A stretch of DNA of 64,000 nt from Limnothrix sp. BL-A-16 (GCA_041937175.2 CP166615.1:1632001-1696000); one strand, 5' to 3'; shown: positions 1 to 9,613, counted from the stretch's first letter. Numbers and translations are program-made. The notes: generated from the sequence alone by a model not told the origin.

Positions 1-32
1 GTTCTGTTTTGATCGATTTATCAGAAATCATT

Positions 33-140
33 TTGAGTTTTTAACAAGTTGACAATTTGAATGTCTGAATTCTCATAAATTTGTATTTTGAAATTCTTGA
101 GACGTTGAATTCTCATGAATTTAAATTCTTTTATTTTTGA
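33..140. repeat. AT-rich 8-bp-periodic array upstream of parA (candidate centromere/operator)
   Basis: In-register octamers from 33: ttgagttt ttaacaag ttgacaat ttgaatgt ctgaattc tcataaat ttgtattt tgaaattc ttgagacg ttgaattc tcatgaat ttaaattc ttttattt ttga; TGAATTCTCAT at 66-76 and 106-116. Confidence 0.5.
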
Positions 141-206
141 GTGGTTGAATGGTTGACCAGTGAGCAAGATGGCGAGCGAGGCGGTAGAATTCGCCTGTGG
201 TCTGGG

Positions 207-1094
207 ATGTGGGCAAAACCGGTGGCAAGCACAACGATCGCGATCGTGAATCCCAAAGGGGGTGTGGGCAAAACCACGACGGTGCTTTGCTTGGCGGAAC
301 TATTGGCGGCTCGCTTACCTATGGAATCGCCTGTGGTGATGGTGGATTTGGATCCCCAAGCACACCTAACGGCCCTGCTGGGAGCGACGGATTCACCCTC
401 GATCGCGACGACGTTGCAAGAGCAGGGGGCGATCGGCGATCGACTGGTTGCGGCGGGTGATCGAGGGTGGCTGTTGCCGGGTGGTTTGGATTTGGAGTCG
501 GCGGCGGTGGCCCTGGCGCGATCGCCCGAGGGATTGTTGCGGCTGCGTCAGACCCTGGCGCAACCTTGGCCACCTCTGGAATCATTGGGAAAACTTGATG
601 AGCAGAAAACCAAACCGTTTTTGGCAACCTCTCCCGCCCAAACCCAAAGCCCTCTGGTGTTGCTGGATTGCCCGCCGGGATTGGGGTTTTGGACGCTGAG
701 TGCGTTGGCGGCGGCGGATGGGTTGTTGATTCCGGTACAATGCCAACCCTTGGCCTTGCGCAGTTTGTTGGCTCTGATGGAAACGGTGGCCAGCGTGCGA
801 TCGCAGCTCAATCCCAATTTGCGGGTTGTGGGGGTGTTGCCGACCATGAGTGAACGACGGGCCCCTTGGTGTGATCAGGTGTTGGCGGGATTGCAAGATT
901 GGGCCCTGGCCAGCCGAGGCGCGATCGCCCTGTTTCCGCCCATTCCCCGATCGGCTTGTTTCCCCAAGCTCACGGTCGATGGAAAATTGTTGCGATCGGG
1001 ACTTGCTCGCCAGCGCCGATCGGTTGTGTTGCAGGGTTATGAGGCGATCGCGGCGGTTTTGGTCGATCGCCCCTCACCCACCAAGCCAACCTGA
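207..1094 (+). CDS. parA: ParA/Soj family Walker-A ATPase
   Basis: Deviant Walker A NPKGGVGKTT, A' DLDPQAHLT, Walker B LLDCPPGLG, AADGLLIPVQ; ATG at 207 chosen within ORF 141..1094; no N-terminal HTH. Confidence 0.88.
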   Translation: MWAKPVASTTIAIVNPKGGVGKTTTVLCLAELLAARLPMESPVVMVDLDPQAHLTALLGATDSPSIATTLQEQGAIGDRLVAAGDRGWLLPGGLDLESAAVALARSPEGLLRLRQTLAQPWPPLESLGKLDEQKTKPFLATSPAQTQSPLVLLDCPPGLGFWTLSALAAADGLLIPVQCQPLALRSLLALMETVASVRSQLNPNLRVVGVLPTMSERRAPWCDQVLAGLQDWALASRGAIALFPPIPRSACFPKLTVDGKLLRSGLARQRRSVVLQGYEAIAAVLVDRPSPTKPT

Positions 1095-1209
1095 TCGATC
1101 GTCTCTATTCATCTCCTCTACAGAGTCTTAAACCGATTGACCTATTTCCCTGCTTTTCCGGATCCATTTCCCAGTTCACCGCTTTAAATCCCCAATCCAG
1201 CAATTCACC

Positions 1210-1539
1210 ATGTCTCCAGAACCCACGGCCGGCGATCAGTTGTTAGCGCAATATCTGCAACCCACGGAATCTGAGGCGGATTCGCTGCCGCCCGCACCCA
1301 AGGGCCAGGCGGCCAGTTTGCGCCGGGCCACTTTTCAAGTGCGGGAGTCGGTGCTGGATGAACTCGATCGCTTCCATTTGGAGCTGCAATTGGCCCTGGG
1401 TAAAAGCAATGCGCCCTACAAGGAAACGATCGTGGAAGCGGCGATCGTTCATCTCCTGAACCAAGCCAAGGAAGATGGGGGGCAATGGATTGAACGATTG
1501 CAACAGTGGCAGCAAAGCCGGTTGCGATCGCGTCGCTAG
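1210..1539 (+). CDS. Small ParA-associated protein, probable ribbon-helix-helix fold
   Basis: 109 aa directly after parA; disordered N-terminus, then strand RRATFQV, helix ESVLDELDRFHLELQLALG and helix YKETIVEAAIVHLL. Confidence 0.6.
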   Translation: MSPEPTAGDQLLAQYLQPTESEADSLPPAPKGQAASLRRATFQVRESVLDELDRFHLELQLALGKSNAPYKETIVEAAIVHLLNQAKEDGGQWIERLQQWQQSRLRSRR

Positions 1540-1597
1540 CGCCGTTAAGACCGCGCCAGAATTTGCACCCAAATTGCGCCGTTAGCGCCGTTACTCG

Positions 1598-2053
1598 TCA
1601 CTCATCGATCGAGGGGCGATCGAGCGGGTTCACCTCTTCGGGTTGTTCTTGGCCCCAGCGATCGAGCCACCGCAAGCCCCCATAGCCCAACAGGGCCCCA
1701 AGGCCGTAGTGGACAAAATCCCACCAATCGAAGTAGCTGCCAAAAATAATTTGCCCTAGGAAGGTGGCGCGAATCGCCTGCAACATCGGTGGATGCCACA
1801 GTTGCAGCAGTTCGATCCCGATCGCGATCGCCATCACCCAAGCACTCAGCACCCCAGCCGATCGCCGGGGCCACAGCCAACGGGCCACCCCAATCAGAAA
1901 AATCATCACCAACACATCGCCCAGGTGATGTTGCACCCAATTTTCCAGGGGGCCGTGGTAGCGCTTGGTTCCCAACCCGAGGGCTGTGAGCACCCCCAGA
2001 ATGCCGGCCAATAGCCAACGATTTTGGGGTCTAGAAGCGGTTGGAGTCACCAT
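1598..2053 (-). CDS. DUF2809-like membrane protein
   Basis: Hydrophobic helices; GDVL, IELLQLWH and FGSYFDWWDFVHYGLG motifs; ATG at 2053. Confidence 0.75.
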   Translation of the reverse strand: MVTPTASRPQNRWLLAGILGVLTALGLGTKRYHGPLENWVQHHLGDVLVMIFLIGVARWLWPRRSAGVLSAWVMAIAIGIELLQLWHPPMLQAIRATFLGQIIFGSYFDWWDFVHYGLGALLGYGGLRWLDRWGQEQPEEVNPLDRPSIDE

Positions 2054-2102
2054 CGAAGGGTTTGGGTCACGTAATGGGGTTTCGACCCCCAATTTAGCGT
2101 TC

Positions 2103-2138
2103 TTGAATGCAAGATTAGTTTAGTAATCTTGCATTCAA
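2103..2138. repeat. Perfect 15-6-15 inverted repeat between divergent genes
   Basis: TTGAATGCAAGATTA-gtttag-TAATCTTGCATTCAA. Confidence 0.9.
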
Positions 2139-2250
2139 ATCGTCGTTCGTCGCCCATTTTTGGATTTGCTGACCGTTAACCAGGGCTTTGACCCGATCGC
2201 GCCGCTAACCGAGATGTCAAAATAGCGCGGCGGAGTTTTGGTACAGAGCC

Positions 2251-3144
2251 ATGGGTTCGGCAACGGTAATCGGGGTAGATTTGGGCGGCACAGCCATCAA
2301 GTTGGGACGGTATACGGCCACGGGTGATTGTTTGGCTTCGTTGGTGATTGATACTCCCCAGCCGGCCACACCCACAGCAGTCACGGAGGCGATCGCCACC
2401 GCCATTCAGCAACTCGACCCCGATCGCTCCTCGATCGCGATCGGGATTGGCACGCCGGGGCCCGCCGACGCGGCCGGCCGGATCGCCCGAGTCGCCATCA
2501 ACCTAGAAGGCTGGCGCGATGTGCCCTTAGCCGATTGGATGGAAGCGGCCACGGGCCGATCGACCATTTTGGCCAACGATGCCAACTGCGCTGGCTTAGG
2601 AGAAGCCTGGTTAGGAGCCGGTCGCCAATTCCAAGACCTGCTGGTGTTGACCCTGGGTACGGGCGTAGGCGGAGCCGTCATTTTGGGGGGCGAACTGTTC
2701 ACGGGCCGCACCGGAGCCGCCGGGGAATTGGGTCTGATTACCCTCAATCCCGACGGGCCCCCTTGCAACAGCGGCAATCAAGGATCGTTGGAGCAATACA
2801 CCTCCGTGCAGGCGGTGCGGCGGCGCACGGGCCTGGAACCTCACCAGGTGGCGGCCAAGGCCGCGGCAGGCGATGTTGAGGCGATCGACTTTTGGGCCGC
2901 CTACGGCCGAGACTTGGGAGCCGGATTGGCCAGCCTAATCTACATTTTCACGCCCGAAGCCGTGGTGATTGGCGGTGGCATCAGTGCCGGGGCCCAGTGG
3001 TTTTTCCCGGCCATGGAAGCGGAAGTGAACCGGCGGGTGCTGCCTTCCTCTCGGGAAGGATTGCAACTGGTGGTGGCGGAATTGGGCAATCAGGCAGGCA
3101 TGGCCGGGGCGGCCCGGTTGGCTTGGCAGCGATTGGCCTCCTAG
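2251..3144 (+). CDS. ROK family sugar kinase (glucokinase-like)
   Basis: GVDLGGTAIK, ILANDANCAGLGE, LTLGTGVGG, GAAGELG and GPPCNSGNQGSLE motifs; no N-terminal HTH. Confidence 0.9.
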   Translation: MGSATVIGVDLGGTAIKLGRYTATGDCLASLVIDTPQPATPTAVTEAIATAIQQLDPDRSSIAIGIGTPGPADAAGRIARVAINLEGWRDVPLADWMEAATGRSTILANDANCAGLGEAWLGAGRQFQDLLVLTLGTGVGGAVILGGELFTGRTGAAGELGLITLNPDGPPCNSGNQGSLEQYTSVQAVRRRTGLEPHQVAAKAAAGDVEAIDFWAAYGRDLGAGLASLIYIFTPEAVVIGGGISAGAQWFFPAMEAEVNRRVLPSSREGLQLVVAELGNQAGMAGAARLAWQRLAS

Positions 3145-3349
3145 GGTGTGACGATCGCGGCGATCGGGACGGGTGAATCAAAAGCGTCCGGATTCAACCC
3201 TGCCAGCCAGAAGAGCAAAGTGGGGATACGACCGCCGGGCCTTGGCTAGACACCGCAAGCCCAGGGTGGTTGTGCTGGCTCAGGCCAATCGCTTGGCCCC
3301 CTGATTTGCCGTTTTTTGATCGCTTGATTGACGATCCCAGGTCGTTCCT

Positions 3350-3817
3350 ATGCCGCCGCGCGTCACGCTGAACCCCCATCTCAGCCTCGATCGCCTGCGC
3401 GATCGCTACCGTCAAGCCAAGGAAGCCACCGAGGCCCGCCGATGGCACCTGCTCTATTTAATTGCCCAAGGCTGGACCATTACCCAAGCGGCCCGAGTGG
3501 TGGACTTGAGCTACGACTATGCCAAGGAGTTGGTTCGTCGCTATAACCAACTGGGCCCCAATGCGATCGACCGGCGACCCAGCCAACGCCACCGATCGGC
3601 TCGATCACTCCTGACCACAGAGCAACAACAGGAATTAGCGCAATTGCTGGATCAACCAGCTCCCGACGGGGGCCCTTGGTCAGGGCCCAAAGTAGCCCAA
3701 TGGATTGCCGAACGAACCGGGCGCGATCGGGTTTGGCCCCAGCGGGGCTGGGAATATTTGCAACGGCTCCAAGAGGGGAAACCGAGCAACCACCGCACCA
3801 ATGGGAAGCAACATTAA
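3350..3817 (+). CDS. Helix-turn-helix protein resembling the DNA-binding half of an IS630 transposase (no DDE domain)
   Basis: HLSLDRLRDRYR...RRWHLLYLIAQGWTITQAARVV...RRYNQLG...GGPWSGPKVAQWI...RGWEYLQRL resembles IS630 OrfA; no catalytic ORF follows. Confidence 0.7.
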   Translation: MPPRVTLNPHLSLDRLRDRYRQAKEATEARRWHLLYLIAQGWTITQAARVVDLSYDYAKELVRRYNQLGPNAIDRRPSQRHRSARSLLTTEQQQELAQLLDQPAPDGGPWSGPKVAQWIAERTGRDRVWPQRGWEYLQRLQEGKPSNHRTNGKQH

Positions 3818-3852
3818 CGGACAACACCAACAGAGGGGTTAATCAACGGTTG

Positions 3853-4563
3853 CTAATCGGGCTGAACCAGTGACGCTAAAAACGCTTCCCACTGGGCAAC
3901 TTCAGCAGGATCGGCCTGTGTTTGCTGTTTCCAAGCCAAGATTCCCTCCGCCCCTTGCCGGGCCGCCGTCAATCGCCCCAACGCCCGATCGGCATAGCAC
4001 CGAAACTCCAGCGCCATAATTTGCAATTGCGGATCCTGGTTTTCTAGCCCAAAACCATTCACATCGGCGCAATGCTCATCCAGCGCCGCCCAAGCGCCGT
4101 GATATTTTTCCCAATACAAAACCCAATACCAAACCTTGCGAAATCGCTCGGCATCCCGTAAATATTCCGTGGCCACATTCATGGCATGGGCAAAGCGATC
4201 GATCGCTTCCTCCAGCAAAGACAAATGCCCCAGCGTGTTGCCATAGGCCAGATAGAAATCAAAGATTTCCGCCGTTTCCAACTGCCCGGCCATGCCTCGA
4301 TCGAGTTCCTGAAAAATCACCTGAGCGGCTTCATAATTCCGCAAGCTCATCAGGCAATAGGCCTTGCGCAGTTCCACCAGCGCCAAAAATTGTCCCGTCA
4401 CCAACCCTGAAGGCGGATTACCCAGGCCAGCGAACACCGTTTCGTATTGGGCAAGGGCGCTGGCAATATCCCCTTCGCCGGCCAACCGGGCTGCCTCATT
4501 GAAGCGATCGAGACAAACCTGAGGAACAACCTGAGAACCACCAAAAGATGCGGGATCGGCCAT
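3853..4563 (-). CDS. Hypothetical TPR-like helical protein
   Basis: 236 aa; TPR-like helix pairs (KAYCLMSLRNYEAAQVIF, YGNTLGHLSLLEEAIDRFAHA). Confidence 0.6.
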   Translation of the reverse strand: MADPASFGGSQVVPQVCLDRFNEAARLAGEGDIASALAQYETVFAGLGNPPSGLVTGQFLALVELRKAYCLMSLRNYEAAQVIFQELDRGMAGQLETAEIFDFYLAYGNTLGHLSLLEEAIDRFAHAMNVATEYLRDAERFRKVWYWVLYWEKYHGAWAALDEHCADVNGFGLENQDPQLQIMALEFRCYADRALGRLTAARQGAEGILAWKQQTQADPAEVAQWEAFLASLVQPD

Positions 4564-4699
4564 GAACCAACCTCAAAAACAAGCGTCATCGCCCAGCATA
4601 ACAACGCGATCGCCTGGTAATTTCCGGTGCGATCGCGCTGTTAGGGTTCATCAATTGTTTGTCTTGCGATCTTGAGAGTTTCGCGATGGGGTTCGATGA

Positions 4700-4730
4700 C
4701 AGGGGGCGATCGATTCCCGATCGCCCCCTG
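4700..4730. terminator. 13-bp-stem hairpin downstream of phoX
   Basis: CAGGGGGCGATCG-attcc-CGATCGCCCCCTG. Confidence 0.55.
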
Positions 4731-4776
4731 CACCTAAGAATCCAATTGGAACCTAGAAACTAACGAACTCACCAGC

Positions 4777-6690
4777 CTACGAACCAATGATGCCGCCGTC
4801 CTTCTTGCGAATCACCAGCGTGCAATCGCGAGGAATCCGACCGCTACCTTGGGGCGCTGGGAAATTGGTCTTCGCCGGGTTCCCATCCCCAGGGTGCTGC
4901 AGATTCACAAACATCGTGCGGCGATCGGGCGTAACCGTAATGCCCGTCACCTCACAGTCCGTAACCCCCGTCAGCAGGCGGCGAATATCACCCGTTTCCA
5001 GGTTGGCCACCAACAACTGATCATTCAGACCCTTCTTCTGAGCACCATCGGTTTCAATGAACAGACGGCCATCGGGATCCGCCCACAGACCATCGGGGCT
5101 GCTGAACGTGCGCTCATCGCCGTTACCGTGGGTATCCTTCGCCAGGATGAAAATATCCCAAGTGAAGCTAGTTCCCGTGTAATCATCGCTGTCGCGCCAA
5201 CTGATGATGTGGCCATCGGGGTTGGGGCCCAAGGGGTTTGCCGCATTCACCTGCGTGTCTTTGCGCTGGGTGTTGTTGGTCAGGGTGCAATAAACCCGTC
5301 CATTCGCCGCCGCCGTAATCCACTCGGGGCGATCCATCGGCGTTGCGCCCAAAGCATCCGCCGCCAACCGGGCATAGGTCAACACTTCCGCCTGATCGCT
5401 GAATTTGCCGCGCAGGGCCGGGTTGCTGATGTTCATCTCCAGCCAACTGCCCGTGCCGTTGTCATTGAACTTGGCCACATAAAGCTTGCCTTCGTCCAAG
5501 GGGCTGACCCCACGGGCCCGCATCGATCGCCAGTTGTCCGCCGAAACGAACTTGTAGATATAATCAAAGCGCTCGTCGTCGCCCATGTAGACCACAATCC
5601 GGCCGCCGCGACCTTCCACCACTTCAGCCCCTTCATGCTTAATCCGACCCAGGGCGGTGCGCTTGACGGGGGTTTGGTTGGGGTTCATGGGGTCAATTTC
5701 CACCACCCAACCGAAGCGGTTTTCTTCGTTGGCATGTTCAGCACTGGCCAAGTCAAAACGCTTGTCAAACAGTTCCCAGCCATAACCAGCACCGGCCGCC
5801 GCAAAGCCGTAACGCTTTTGGGCGTTGGTCGTTTTCCAAGTGCCCGTTTTGGTTTGGGCGTTGTAGGTGCTGTCGCCAAAATAGCCGTTGAAGTTTTCTT
5901 CGCAGGTGAGGTAAGTGCCCCAAGGGGTTTTGCCGTTGGCGCAGTTGTTCAGGGTTCCCAAGGGCGGGTTACCGGCAGCGGTGCGCAGCAGGGGGCTATT
6001 GGCGGCGGGGCCGCTGAAGGTGACGGGGGTGTTCACATGGATCCGGCGCGATCGGGGACTGGGCACCGCTTGCCACTTGGCTCCCCGTATCCGCCGAATT
6101 TCTACCACCGAAACCCCATGGGCGTGCTGCGAAACCCGCACATCTTCCAGGCTGGTGGGCAAGTTTTTGCCAATGACGTGGCTGTTGGTTCCATACTCGT
6201 GGTTAATGGCCAACATCCCGTTATCGTTGCCTTGATCCAACGGGAAATACCACATCCCATCGTGGCCGATGCCGATTTGCTGGGCCTGTTCGGCCGAACT
6301 GGGGCGACGCTTCGGATCCCCGTTGTAGTTGGGGCCTTGGCCGGGGCCTTGCAAGGGGCTGCCCCAGGGAATCAGAATGTCGTACTCATAGGCAGAGGAG
6401 ATGGCCGGCACCGGGCCAGAACCGGCGGAAACGGGGACGATCGGGAAGTCCACCAATTTCCGCGCCTGGGCCAGCAGTTCCCCACCGGCCAGGCCGGCTT
6501 CGGGGTTGGCTCCCGTGGCCGCAGCGGCCCCTTGGGCCAGCAGTTTATCGCCAGCCAAGGCCGCTAAAAAGCCGCTGGCTCCCAACATGGCGCTGCGGGC
6601 CAAGAGGTTTCGGCGGGACAAGCGGGCGCGCAAAATGTCTTCAAAGGGGCGGTTGTTCGATCGATTGCTGATGCCGTTGTCGTGAATCAC
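4777..6690 (-). CDS. phoX: PhoX family alkaline phosphatase, Tat-exported
   Basis: SRRNLL twin-Arg signal; HDGM, INHEY, NNCANGKTPWGTYLTCEEN, TALGRIKHE, MDRPEW, SPDGL and NLQHPG motifs; GTG start at 6690 preceded by an AGGAGA RBS. Confidence 0.93.
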   Translation of the reverse strand: MIHDNGISNRSNNRPFEDILRARLSRRNLLARSAMLGASGFLAALAGDKLLAQGAAAATGANPEAGLAGGELLAQARKLVDFPIVPVSAGSGPVPAISSAYEYDILIPWGSPLQGPGQGPNYNGDPKRRPSSAEQAQQIGIGHDGMWYFPLDQGNDNGMLAINHEYGTNSHVIGKNLPTSLEDVRVSQHAHGVSVVEIRRIRGAKWQAVPSPRSRRIHVNTPVTFSGPAANSPLLRTAAGNPPLGTLNNCANGKTPWGTYLTCEENFNGYFGDSTYNAQTKTGTWKTTNAQKRYGFAAAGAGYGWELFDKRFDLASAEHANEENRFGWVVEIDPMNPNQTPVKRTALGRIKHEGAEVVEGRGGRIVVYMGDDERFDYIYKFVSADNWRSMRARGVSPLDEGKLYVAKFNDNGTGSWLEMNISNPALRGKFSDQAEVLTYARLAADALGATPMDRPEWITAAANGRVYCTLTNNTQRKDTQVNAANPLGPNPDGHIISWRDSDDYTGTSFTWDIFILAKDTHGNGDERTFSSPDGLWADPDGRLFIETDGAQKKGLNDQLLVANLETGDIRRLLTGVTDCEVTGITVTPDRRTMFVNLQHPGDGNPAKTNFPAPQGSGRIPRDCTLVIRKKDGGIIGS

Positions 6691-6813
6691 GGGTCTTCTC
6701 CTAGTCCTGGCGATGCAAGTGGTGGAAACAGGCTGATGAATAGGGCTGGCCCCAGGCGATCGGGGCATCAGGGCCAGGTCACCCCCCAAGAGGTTGCTGT
6801 CTTCGTCACTGTT

Positions 6814-7392
6814 TTAATCGAGGTCGCTGAGATAGTCCTGAGCTTGCGATCGCGTCATTTGACCCGTATCCCAGGCCTGATCAATGGTTGCGCCGCGACC
6901 ACCCACACCCCGAGGGCCCGTTCCCGGTTGCCCCGACTGCGTTGGGTTAGCCGGTTGTGCCGCCACCAAAGAATCGGGCGGCTCCGCTGGCTGAGGATCT
7001 GGCCGTTGCAGCAGGCGACCGGACGCATAATATTGCGTCCAGGCGTTGACCCGTGGGTTTTGTTGCCACTGCGATCGGGTAACACTCACCGTCAAAATGG
7101 GCACTAAATTTCCATGGCGATTGCCCAACACCACAACCTGAACCATCGAAAGGGCCGGTTTTTGCTGAAATTCCCGCGCGATCGCCGCTTGAGCCATCCG
7201 TTCGGCTTGAGCCACTAAATCGCGCTGTTCGGTCAGGGTATAAATCGGCAATTCGAGAGTTAGGCTGGGGGGGTTGGCCAGGGCCGGCTGATCAATTAAA
7301 ACCAGGCCGCTCCCAACGTTCCAAGGCCCGATCGCAACGGGATTCAGAACAGCCATGCAAACTGAGGCCAATGCAAACCTAACCAAGCTCAT
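6814..7392 (-). CDS. Hypothetical exported protein upstream of phoX
   Basis: Hydrophobic N-terminus; QVVVLGNRHGNLVPILTVSVTRSQWQQNP core; ATG at 7392 within ORF 6814..7464. Confidence 0.65.
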   Translation of the reverse strand: MSLVRFALASVCMAVLNPVAIGPWNVGSGLVLIDQPALANPPSLTLELPIYTLTEQRDLVAQAERMAQAAIAREFQQKPALSMVQVVVLGNRHGNLVPILTVSVTRSQWQQNPRVNAWTQYYASGRLLQRPDPQPAEPPDSLVAAQPANPTQSGQPGTGPRGVGGRGATIDQAWDTGQMTRSQAQDYLSDLD

Positions 7393-7480
7393 AAATTCAG
7401 CGACGCACGAGACCCATTTGCCAAGAAACCAACATCCACCATGTCGGCTTCCGCAAAGAGCCATAGACGCTATTTACGCT

Positions 7481-7508
7481 AGGTTTCTTCAGTAAAGATA
7501 GGGTTAAG
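7481..7508 (-). promoter_or_regulatory. Putative Pho (SphR/PhoB) box
   Basis: Minus strand CTTAACCC-tat-CTTTACTG (11-bp period) plus a weaker, out-of-phase GAAACCT; resembles the cyanobacterial PyTTAAPyPy(T/A) repeats; upstream of the hypothetical-phoX pair. Confidence 0.5.
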
Positions 7509-7687
7509 TGAAAACTGGATTTTGATTAACTTTTGAGATCCTTGACCCTTAGAAAATCTTAATTTCTTGATTTATTGCATCAAATTCAACCAGAGACAGT
7601 CTTAAATCGATCAATCTTAAAATTCTTCGCAATTTGATACAATTCAAGTTTTATAAATTTTCAACGATCTTGAGAAATACAATACAA

Positions 7688-7829
7688 GGGCCTGTCGTCA
7701 TTTCCTAGGATCGGGCGGAAACGATTGATTTTCCATGTCCCAGTCGTTGTAACAAGGGGCTTAAGCCCCTTGTCCCCCACGATCTGCCAACGGCGGAATC
7801 AAGATTTCAGGCGATTTGACGACAGGCCC
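7688..7829. mobile_element. MITE family A, copy 1 (142 bp)
   Basis: 13-bp TIRs GGGCCTGTCGTCA...TGACGACAGGCCC; internal palindrome at 7753-7772; 103/142 ungapped identity (hand count) to 17292-17433. Confidence 0.85.
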
Positions 7830-8129
7830 TAGATTTTCGAGTTTAAATTCTTAAAACCGAATCTTCCAGAATTGAATCTAGGCTCAAATTCAAAAATTTA
7901 GTCTCAAAAAATCAAGGCCAAAATTCAGAATTAGAAATTGTCAAAAAATTGTCAAAAAAATTAAAGCTAGAATCTAAAGCCAACAATTTAAACTTAGCAA
8001 CTTGAAATTAATGATTCAATAGAATCTGAAACCCCAGAAAGTCTCATCCAGAAGCCCTAAAAAAAGGATAGATTTTGACTCTATCCCTTTGGCTCAATCA
8101 CTCAAAAGCCTGTATCGGTGATGATCGGG

Positions 8130-8168
8130 AATGGGGATCGAGGATGATGATCTCCCTCGATCCCCATT
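8130..8168. terminator. 14-bp-stem hairpin downstream of glyA
   Basis: AATGGGGATCGAGG-11nt-CCTCGATCCCCATT. Confidence 0.55.
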
Positions 8169-8199
8169 TCACAGTTAGATCCTTCAGCTCAATCCCTAA

Positions 8200-8330
8200 G
8201 AGGATGTCTGAAACGCCAAAATCGATACTCTGCACGCCTCATCGATCGACGGAGACAAGATGCTCAAGCCCCTTGCCCCCACGACTATTGGTGCATTGCC
8301 CGTGCCAAAAGACACTTTTCAGACATCCCC
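8200..8330. mobile_element. MITE family B (131 bp) with TAA target duplication, inserted at the glyA stop codon
   Basis: TIRs GAGGATGTCTGAAA...TTTCAGACATCCCC (13/14); TAA at 8197-8199 and 8331-8333; internal palindrome variant at 8256-8275. Confidence 0.8.
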
Positions 8331-9613
8331 TAAGCCAGGGCTGGCAGGGCCGCCCGCAGATGGGGATAGAGCGGGAAGCGATCGCACAGGGCCGCCACCC
8401 GATCGCGGCAGGCTTCTTCCGTCGAGGCATCAGCCGCGTTGATCAACCGCTCGGCGATGATGTCGCCGATTTCGGTGAATTCCGCCTTGCCCATGCCGCG
8501 CGTGGTCATGGCCGGCGAACCCAACCGGATACCGCTGGTGACGAAGGGCGATTGGGGATCAAAGGGCACGGTGTTCTTGTTGGCGGTGATGTTGATTTCA
8601 CCCAACAGGCGATCGGCTTCCTTACCGGTCATTTCGATCGAGCGTAGATCCACCAACACCAAGTGATTGTCCGTACCACCAGACACCAGCTTTAGACCAC
8701 GCGCTTGCAACTGAGCACCCATCGCTTGGGCGTTGGCAATCACCTGGGCGGCGTAGGTCTTGAACTCCGGGCGCAGGGCTTCCCCAAAGGCCACCGCCTT
8801 GGCAGCGATCACATGCTCCAGGGGGCCGCCTTGGGTTCCGGGAAACACGGATTTATCAAACTTCTTGCCCAGTTCCTCATCGCGGCACAGAATCAAGCCG
8901 CCACGGGGGCCGCGCAGGGTCTTGTGGGTGGTGGTGGTCACCACATCGCAGTAGGGCAGGGGGCTGGGATGCAGGCCAGCGGCCACCAAACCGGCAATGT
9001 GGGCGATGTCCGCCATCAGGTATGCGCCCACTTCATCGGCGATCGCCCGGAATTGGGCAAAGTCGATCGTCCGGGGATAGGCGGAATAGCCGCAAATAAT
9101 CAGCTTGGGCTTGTGCTCGATCGCCAGCTTGCGGATCAGGTCAAAGTCCAGTTGCTCGGTTTCGGGGCTTACGCCGTACTGCACCACGTTGAACCACTTG
9201 CCGGACACGTTCACCGGGGAACCGTGGGTCAAGTGGCCACCATGGGACAAGTCCATGCCCATGATTGTGTCGCCCGGTTGCAGCAGGGTCAGGAACACGG
9301 CGAAGTTGGCTTGCGCGCCCGAGTGGGGTTGCACGTTGGCCCAAGCCGCGCCGAACAGTTCCTTCACGCGATCGATCGCCAACTGCTCTGCGCGATCGAC
9401 AAATTCACAGCCGCCGTAGTAGCGCTTGGCGGGCAGGCCTTCCGCATATTTGTTGGTCAGCACCGAGCCTTGGGCCGCCATCACCGCCGCCGAGGTGAAG
9501 TTTTCGCTGGCAATCAGTTCGAGGTGGTCGCGCTGGCGCTGTAACTCGAGACCGATAATTTCGGCCACGAGGGGATCGGATTCGGCCAAAAAATCCAGGT
9601 TCGTGCGAGTCAC
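8330..9613 (-). CDS. glyA: Serine hydroxymethyltransferase
   Basis: LIASENF, NKYAEG...RYYGG, NVQPHSG, PLP-Lys motif [14 protein letters not shown]. Confidence 0.98.
   Translation of the reverse strand: MTRTNLDFLAESDPLVAEIIGLELQRQRDHLELIASENFTSAAVMAAQGSVLTNKYAEGLPAKRYYGGCEFVDRAEQLAIDRVKELFGAAWANVQPHSGAQANFAVFLTLLQPGDTIMGMDLSHGGHLTHGSPVNVSGKWFNVVQYGVSPETEQLDFDLIRKLAIEHKPKLIICGYSAYPRTIDFAQFRAIADEVGAYLMADIAHIAGLVAAGLHPSPLPYCDVVTTTTHKTLRGPRGGLILCRDEELGKKFDKSVFPGTQGGPLEHVIAAKAVAFGEALRPEFKTYAAQVIANAQAMGAQLQARGLKLVSGGTDNHLVLVDLRSIEMTGKEADRLLGEINITANKNTVPFDPQSPFVTSGIRLGSPAMTTRGMGKAEFTEIGDIIAERLINAADASTEEACRDRVAALCDRFPLYPHLRAALPALA

Noticed and set aside
4849..6567. 572-aa plus-strand ORF
   Set aside because: Antisense shadow of phoX with no motifs; the same applies to long antisense ORFs over glyA (8705-9544), the DHS-like gene (46659-47573) and hemL (52784-53731)
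8075..8647. Short ORFs containing (K)GLKPL(V/A) or LKPL (8260, 17361, 35886, 62178, 62328)
   Set aside because: They are translations of the DNA palindrome and MITEs, not a protein family
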